Assembly (NCBI RefSeq): GCF_009914755.1
Contig: NC_060925.1
Length of the DNA: 64,000 nucleotides
DNA from: the human T2T-CHM13v2.0 reference genome, Homo sapiens
Direction: 5' to 3' (one strand)
Positions 56,411-64,000 of the stretch are shown piece by piece; within the stretch, counting starts at the first letter, position 1; every line of letters begins with the position of its first letter. The notes beneath the pieces are model-generated. The model was not told the origin of the DNA. It saw only the letters and a program-made list of their open reading frames with translations, and ran no database searches. The translations under genes were made by a program, and so were the position numbers.

Positions 56411-56974
56411 ATATCAAAATACTTTGGCTTGTGCATAAACTTCAGGGCCCAACCCCCTGGGCACCCTTTCTGGATCTCCCGCTGAATGCAAGATTTGATG
56501 TGTACTTTCCTCCCCTCTCCCACCCATTTATGGCCTCAAAGAGATACTGCAGCCTAACCCCCTGCCCCAGTTCGTATCTAAGCACAGGTCCCTTGGGCCA
56601 CCCTTGCTGCCACCCAGGTCTAATCGACCTGTGCTGTCTAGGGCTCACCCCTACCTCTTTACTGATTTACCCTGCAGCAGGGCTCGCCATTGCTGGGAGA
56701 AAACCCATAAGTTCTTGACCCTCCTGAGATGTGCTCCTCGGTGCCAGCCCAGCCTGTGGTGTAGATTCATGGTGAAATCCAACATAGAGAGGACTTGCCA
56801 CTGGTCAGTAGCAGGGTGTCCCATGGAGTGTGGGAAGTCTGTGGCTACGATGCTGTGTCCTCCCTCTTGGAGAAGCTCAGAGTGGCTTCTCTTCCCTGCC
56901 CCACTCTCATCCCCATATCCTCAAGTGAAGAGGAGGATTTCATGGATTCCAGGAACATTCAACTAAGCCTCTGT

Positions 56975-56976
<2 letters not shown>

Positions 56977-57005
<29 letters not shown>
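56977..57005 (+). repeat. Poly(A)29
   Basis: Homopolymer not attached to a recognisable Alu or L1 3' end. Confidence 0.95.
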
Positions 57006-58671
57006 GCAATCTTTAACAGAAGGTGGAGAGGGATTATAAGTGGAACCTGGGCAACACCTGCTTCAGTTCCTTTCCCCTTCTAAGGAAGGCTGTCTCTCCT
57101 GTATAGCTGGTGTGACAGGGCAGGACTGGGTCCAGACCACTTTCTCCTTGCCCCCCTCACCCCTCCCTCACCTAGCTCACCTCTGCTCTCCCCAGCCCAG
57201 CCCCTCACATACCAAAGCCCAGCAGAGCTTAGAGTGAGCAGATTTCTCTTTACTTGACCTATGTAGCCATTGAAGCCTTAATACCTCAAGGCCTTAGAAA
57301 AAGGAACCAAGGATATCAGAGCAAAAAAGTCAAAGGGATGATTAAGACTCAGTCCAGCTTGCTGGCAGGATGGCAGATGATAAAGGGCCTAAGCCAGACA
57401 GTAATGAACCCTGTCTGTTTGCCTGGGGTTCCCTGTGCATATTTCTCTCAGGAATTCAAGGTGTGAAGATAGCTTAGTCATTGCCAAATTCTTCCTAATT
57501 CATAGAGAGGGTACCCAGCATGCAGCTTCCCCTGGGTAGTAACACTCTGCCAAAAGTAGATGCTCTAAGAATGTTGATGGTAAAGAAGAATCATGACCTA
57601 GGTCCCACTCTGCCCATGTCTGTAAAGACTCCACTCTCCATCACAGCTCCCACAGCTCCTTGCACAGACCGTTTTGCTCTTTGGGGAATTTCTCCCTCTC
57701 CCTTGAAGGTTGCTCAGTGCCTATACCCAGAAGGACTACCCCATTTCTAAGACATCACAAAATTTTGAACTTTCATCAGTTTTGGTTTTTTCTTGCAGTA
57801 TTTGGTATTTCCGCAAGGTACATCATACAATACACCTTAGATGTTGATGTTAGTACCTTCCTTCTCTCGTAAGTACCCACATGCCTCGGTGATGCAGTGC
57901 ACCTCTTGTTTGCTGGATTCTGAGTGTTAGGGAGAAAGAGGAGGGAAGTCATGTGATAGGTGGCACAGGGAAAGAGTTACACACAGAATGGGACAGAGGA
58001 AGGCGGAGACAAAGACAGACGTCCTGTAGAGCAAGATCTGGGTTGCTGAGACAGAGTGAGTGAGTGAGTGAGTGAGAGTGTAAACAGGTGACTCCAGCCC
58101 AGTGTGTTCAGTGATGGAGGGAGAAGGGCAAGGAAAACAAATGGTGAGTGAGAGGGCCCAGCTTGCCATGCCTGAGGGAACTGCAGACTGGGGCTGCTAT
58201 GCCTGTCCATTTGATATGAAACACTTCCCTCTTGATAGACTTCCAAGAGCAAATGCTTTCTGTAGAGAAGAACATGCACCCAACAGATGGATGTTTCAGT
58301 GCCCATCAAACAGCCTTATTTTTAAACTCATAGACTAAGTTTGGCAAAGCTCTTTCTCTCTCTCCAGAGCTACCCTGTGAACCTGACTTTGATTCTCTTC
58401 CAGATCTGCCATGCCCTCCTCCTACGGGGTTTCCCCTTTTGCTGCACCTCTCTCTGAGAAACATTTCACTTCTCTTTGCTCAGTGCCGAGGAGTGAAAGA
58501 ACTTATTCAGTAACTGTCAGATTTCTTATCCCAATTTCAGGAATAAAAGGAATATTTCTTCTCAAAATAAAATAGAAGAAAAAAATATCTCCTTCCTAAT
58601 GCAAAAAAAAAGCAAATTAGAATGTAGCAGAGACTGTAGAAGAAAAAGAAGAAATATGGATTGTAGAAATA

Positions 58672-59060
58672 GCTCTGTCTCTCTCCCTCTCTCTCTTTCT
58701 CTCTCTCTCCTCTACCTCTCTCTCCTTCTCTTTTTCTCTTTCTCTGCTTTCGCTCTTCCCCCTACCCTGCCTCCCTTGCTTTTCTCTTTCTCCTTTTCTA
58801 TTTCTATCTATTTCTTTATCTTTTTCTGTCTCCTTTTCTCTTTCTCTTTCCCATCTCCCTCCCTTACTCCCTCCCATTCTCTCTCCCTCTTTCTCTTTCC
58901 CTCTCTTTCTCTCTCCCTATCTCTCTCCGTCTTTCTCTCTCCCCCCTCCCTCCTTCTTTCCCCTCTCTCCTCAACTTCTTTCCCCTCTCTCTCCCCGCTC
59001 CCTCCCTCTTTCTTTTTCGTCTCCCTCTCTTCCTCTCTCCTCTCCTGTTTTCTCCTTCCA
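58672..59060. repeat. CT-rich polypyrimidine/polypurine tract
   Basis: About 390 bp almost entirely C/T. Confidence 0.93.
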
Positions 59061-59631
59061 CATACCCCAGGCTTGTGAGTAGCAGCTGAGCAAGTACCAT
59101 CCACCACCTTGCAGTCACTCCAGGCACAGTCATTGGAAGGGCGGCCACGTGGCTTGCACAGACAGTGATACTTAAAATACAGACATCAAAGCTGTTGGTT
59201 TGTTGTTTTTACCTTCTTGTCTAACAGTATGCAGGGTCACCTACCTCCTGCTGGCCCATCACAGCTAGCAGGAATGAAGAACAAGTCCTCCCATGTGAAT
59301 GAGACATCAGAGCAATTTACCATGGCACTCTGTAAACATTGCTGGGACTTTTCTCAAGGAGAGTTGTGTTTAGCCATTACTGAGACTGAGAAAGATATTT
59401 TTCTGACATTTTGCAAAATGATACTGTGATTTGGGTGGGGGTGGGGGTTGGCACAGAGACATTATTTCCTGTGTTTTGGAAAAATAAGATATTGTCTGTA
59501 AACAGACAAGTGTTTGAGCTGTTGACCAAACTCTACCATAAATGACTGTAGTACCAACATGCTATAGTTGGGACTGCTTTGGTGAAAGGGCTGCTCAGTT
59601 GATTTCATGGTCAGCTTACCTCTAGCTTCAA

Positions 59632-59633
<2 letters not shown>

Positions 59634-59676
<43 letters not shown>
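59634..59676. repeat. (TG)21 microsatellite
   Basis: Perfect TG run. Confidence 0.95.
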
Positions 59677-59682
<6 letters not shown>

Positions 59683-60140
59683 AAACTTTATTTGCAAAAA
59701 CAGGCTACTTGCCTGAGTAGCATTAGTATATAGTATATATAGCGTATATATAGCATTGAATATAGTTACGGCTTGTTTAAATCTCAGAGTTGACTTTGTA
59801 GCATAGATTAAAGGAAAGCACTTAAATTTGCTTATGAGTAGATATTATTCCATGTCAGCAAAGGAGTTTATTTAACATGTCTGTTTCATTCTGTCATCAT
59901 CTGGTTTTATCCTCTCTCTTATAATTCAGTCGCTATTATGAAGGGCTCTGTGTGTCCTGCTCATTTGCTAGAGAGAGAAGAAAGGCAAAAATCAAATTTT
60001 TTGTAGAGAGAGAAGGTCTCCCCTTTCAGTTGAATACAGTTGAATTCAAAAGAATTCAACATGAACAAGTTATACATTAGAAAATATATTCATAAAATAG
60101 TGGATCTCAAAACGTTTGGTCTTAGAACCTCTTTACATTA

Positions 60141-60275
60141 TTTTTTCTCCCTTTTTGTGGAGAATGGGATCTTGCTATGTTGCCCCAGCTGATCTCAAAT
60201 TCCTGGGCTCAAGCCATCCTCCCACCTCTGCCTCCCTATGTACTGGGATTACAGGCATGAGCCACCACACCTGGC
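60141..60275 (-). mobile_element. FLAM_C / AluJ left monomer
   Basis: 'gatcttgctatgttgccc..gagccaccacacctggc'. Confidence 0.85.
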
Positions 60276-60281
60276 TCATTC

Positions 60282-60735
60282 TTTTTTCTTTTTAATTTTG
60301 ATTTTTTTATTTCAATAGCTTTAGGGGTACAAGTGCTTTTAGGTTACATGGATGAAATTTGTGGTGGTGAAGTCTGGGATTTTAGTGTACCCCTCACCCA
60401 AGTCGTGTACATTGTACCCTGTGGGTAGTTTTTCATCCCTCATCCTCCCTTCCTTCTGAGTCTCCAGTGTCCATTACACCACTCTAGCTGCCTTTGCGCA
60501 CTCATAGCTTAGCTTCCACTTGTAAGTGAGAACATGCGGTATTTGGTTTTCCATTCCTGAGCTACTTTACTTAGAATAATGGCCTCCAGTTCCGTCCAAG
60601 TTGATGCAAAAAATATTATCTTGTTCTTTTTTATGGCTGAGTAGTATTCCATGGTGTATATATAACCGCATTTTCTTTATCCACTCATCAGTTGATGGGC
60701 ACTTAAGTTGATTCCATGTCTTTGCAACTGTGAAC
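60282..60735 (-). mobile_element. L1PB-type 3' end
   Basis: 'tttcaatagctttaggggtacaagtg..ggttacatggatgaa..ggtgaagtctgggattttagtgtaccc'. Confidence 0.88.
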
Positions 60736-60739
60736 TGAA

Positions 60740-61020
60740 TTTTTTAATAGACTTTAGAGTAGTTTTAGGTTCAGAGCAAATTGAGCAGAAAGTACAGAGA
60801 GTTCCCATATACCTCCTGTCCCCACACAGACACAGCCTCCCACACTGTCAACATCCCCCACCAGAGCGGTCCATTTGTTACAACCAATGACCCTGCACTG
60901 ACACATCATTATCACCCAGAGTCCATAGTTTATATTAAGGCTCACTCTTACTTGGTGTTGTACGTTCTGTGAGTTTGGACAAATGTATAATGGCATTTAT
61001 CCACCTTATAGTACCATACA
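60740..61020 (-). mobile_element. L1MD-type 3' end
   Basis: 'gagtagttttaggttcagagcaaattgagcagaaagtacagagagttcccatatacc'. Confidence 0.8.
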
Positions 61021-61804
61021 AAAGCTTAATTTTAATAATAGAGAAAATAGATCATTTCATCTCCACTATCACCTCTCACCCTTGCAGGAAGGGCAGCAGC
61101 TGTCCTGTCTGGGCTGTGTGTGCCTGTCTGGAAGCCAAGCTGGGGCTTAGACTCTAGGGGTATGTTTGGCAGAGACAGGCTGAGGGTGTCCCAGGATTCT
61201 GAAGAGAGGACCAGGTGGCCCAAGGGCTGCATCCCCTAAACTTCTGTGTCCCTTGAAGTTCAACAGGATAGGAGGGAGCAGGAAGGCCCTCTAACCTAGG
61301 TCAGACAGAATGCTGTGCGGATTGCACTAAAATTAAGGACTCTCGAACCATTCTGGATGCAGTAAGGCCCCTTGGCTTACACCAAGGCATTCTTTAGAAA
61401 GTTGAAAGATCTTGTGGTTCCTTTCTCAGTTCACCGTTCTTCAGTAGCAGTTTCATGGGGTTAACTAACAGACCCAGACCACTAGAGAAAGCATAAACTC
61501 ATGAGGCTTCCATTGTCATTCCACGCCCTAAGGGAATGGATTTGAAATGATTTTTTGCCTCAAGATAGTGGTGTCAGCCACTTGTAGGGTGTGCAAGTAG
61601 CCATTTGTCATTGCTCTGGGTCACTTAGGTTTTGCCCAGAAATGGAGAACTGCTCCCCTCTCTGGGGGCCAGATCTATTTCAGGAGCCAGGTTAGAAATT
61701 ACTATCTACCATTGCCTTCTTTTCATTCTCCTGTCTTTCCGGCTCAGACCCCTTGTGCAAGTCCCTCACACCCTCTCAGCTGTTCATTCCAGAATTGGGA
61801 TGAA

Positions 61805-61955
61805 AATAAGAGCTCACATTTTTAGAGCCACCTTTCTATGTCACCATGTCTCATTACGTCTTCACCACACTTCTATTGGCATTGCTGTTTTTCAAGTGGG
61901 GAAACTGAGGCTCAGAGAAGCCAAGGAAATGCCTAAGGCCCCACAGCTCACATGG
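61805..61955 (-). mobile_element. MIR
   Basis: 'gggaaactgaggctcagagaag..tgcctaaggccccacagct'. Confidence 0.75.
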
Positions 61956-62324
61956 GCTGCAGCCCTGCTGGGAGAGCAGGCCACCTCCCAGAGTGCCCAG
62001 TGGGGATGTGCATGACTCACCACAAAGGGGCACTGGATCCCCCCAAATCCATGGCTCCTCAGGCTATCCCATGACAAGTCAATCAAAATGGAGCTACTGT
62101 ATTTTGATTTAACCTGGCTGGCAGCTCCAGATTTCTCATCTCAAGAATAATATTTGTAGGAGAGTCTTACCACAACAGAGCATCTTTAACTTTTCAGAGT
62201 GCTTTCATATCTACTGTAAAATAATAACCACTTTTTGAAGCAGATAGAGCAGCCGTCACAAACGCCACTTCATAGCAAGCAGAGAGAGAAGGATTCATAC
62301 TGAATAGGTCACATGTGCCGAGAA

Positions 62325-62480
62325 ATCATATCATTTCATCCCCACCACCTCATGGTAGGGTAAATATCATTGATCCCATTCTACAGATAAGAAAGCTGAG
62401 GTGAGGTGCGCTGAGGCTAAATGGTTCCAGGTTCCCTAAGGGACCTGTCTTGCCTCCCAGCCCATGTTCTATACCCTAGA
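62325..62480 (-). mobile_element. MIR
   Basis: 'cccattctacagataagaaagctgagg'. Confidence 0.65.
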
Positions 62481-63479
62481 CCTGAGGTTGGCGCACTTTC
62501 TGGAATAAGCGAGATTGTGAATCTTTTTCTTTGTGGGCCTATAGCCCCTGTTAGAACTACTTAGCTTTGCCGTGCCATTGTAGCCCAAGAGTAGTCAGTG
62601 ACAATTCCTGCACACTTGTGTGTCTGTATGCAGATGAACTCGTATGTACAAAAACAAATGATAGGCCAGGTCAGGCCTGAGGTCCCTGCCCTGGACCTCA
62701 CAGTTCTCTGAAGTCAAGAACCTCTAAAGTGGCAAGCTGTGCTTCACTTGAGCCATGGTGCAGACTCAATGCCAGGGTCCTGTCTGCACCCTAGGGCTGG
62801 AATATGACTTTCATATGCTGTCTGAAGGCTCCTTAGAGATTTCCTGCCACATGCGTGGCACTGAGCTTCTCAGAGAAACTGTGATGGCCGGGGTACTCCC
62901 CCAGGGGTCCGTGCAACTGGATGGCCTTCAGATCCCTGCTGACGTGGCATGTCACTCCATACAGCCCAGTCATTTGCAGGCACTTCTCCGTTAACCTCTA
63001 GAGCCCTTCATTCTCCCTTTCTGTAATTAATAAAGTGGAGGTGCAGGACTGTGCTCAGACCATCCTGTAAGTGTCATTGCTATTCTGGCCATCATGCAGC
63101 AGAGTGCCTCTCCGGGCCGCCGTTCCAAGTTGGACAGGACAAGACAGCTTGCCAGAAGGTCACCATTGTTTACAGCAGTGGCTGTTAATGCCTCTTGGCA
63201 TATGGAGCACAGTATCTATGATTCTGCTGCTGAGTGCCTGCCAGGAAATGCAGAGGTGAGGGTTCAAGACTGCATTTGCTATGCCCAGCAGAACAGTGAG
63301 GCTGGGCAGTGGCAGGGAGGCCTCTGGGATAGAAAAGTGGCTTTGCGGTCTCAGAAACCTAACCGTGAAGAGGGAAGCCACTGTGGGGACTCCCTCTAGG
63401 CAGGAGCAGACACACAGCGAAACGACCCCAGCCCTGCCTATTGGGAGCTGGGGGAGTCACACTCCATCCTCTCTTGGAG

Positions 63480-63945
63480 AGAGATCTATAGAAGAGGAGA
63501 TTTATTATGGGAATTGGCTTACATGGTTATGGAGGCCGAGAAAGCCAAGGATCTGTTGTTTGGAAGCTAGAGTGCTAGGAAAGCTGGTGGTGAAATTCAG
63601 ACCAAGTATAAAGGCCTGAGAACCAAGGGAACTGATGGTGTGACTCCCAGTCAGAGTCCAAAGAGCCGAGAATCAGGACCCCCAGTGGCTAATGCCAGAA
63701 GAAGATGGATGTCTCCACTCAAGAAGAGAGCAAATTTGTCCTTCCTCTGCCCTTTTCTTCTATTCCAGCCTTCGGTGGATTGGAGGATGCCCACCCGCAT
63801 TGGCAAGGGCAGATCTTCTTTACTCAGCCTACTGTTTGAAATGCTCATCTTTTCCAGAAACACCCTCACAGACGCACCAGGAGTGTCTCACCAGCTGCCT
63901 GGGCATCCCTTAGCCCAGTCAAGCTGACACATAAGATTAATGATT
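63480..63945 (-). mobile_element. MLT2B-type ERVL LTR
   Basis: 'gagatttattatgggaattggctt..ggaggccgagaa' ... 'cccttagcccagtcaagctgacacataagattaa'. Confidence 0.85.
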
Positions 63946-64000
63946 TCAGTGTAGGAGTCATCATGAGGAGGTCCGGGTCCTCACCTCAGCCCAGCAGATG

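Noticed and set aside
56092-56718. 208-aa ORF (longest in window)
   Set aside because: The first half is AluJ read-through and the remainder has no recognisable similarity.
58599-59148. Ser/Leu/Phe-rich and Arg/Glu-rich ORFs
   Set aside because: Translation of the CT-rich simple repeat; same for 30469-30870.

Overview
This is primate (very probably human) non-coding genomic DNA, either intergenic or inside a long intron; I could not identify the locus. I found no credible protein-coding exon, tRNA, rRNA or snRNA gene, CpG island or CRISPR array. Much of the window is interspersed repeat: about 22 Alu/FLAM copies, young L1PA and older L1M/HAL1-like fragments, L2, MIR, MaLR/ERV LTRs (MLT1, MLT2, MER4-like, MER21) and DNA-transposon MITEs (MER2, MER5A, MER44, MER58C, MER63, MER94). 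The long ORFs in the track are mostly Alu, L1-ORF2 or simple-repeat read-throughs; the rest have no recognisable domain. Points worth follow-up: a pure (ATAAA)41 Alu tail; a 620-bp AT-rich repeat containing a perfect 56-bp palindrome; a strong AG|GTGAGT recursive-splice-like site; CpG-retaining patches inside ancient repeats; a 51-bp direct repeat flanking a MaLR fragment; a 28-bp fold-back in an Alu linker; and several TF-motif clusters. None of these amounts to demonstrable evidence for a new biological system. Repeat subfamily names were assigned by eye from remembered consensus sequences, and boundaries of old repeats are approximate.
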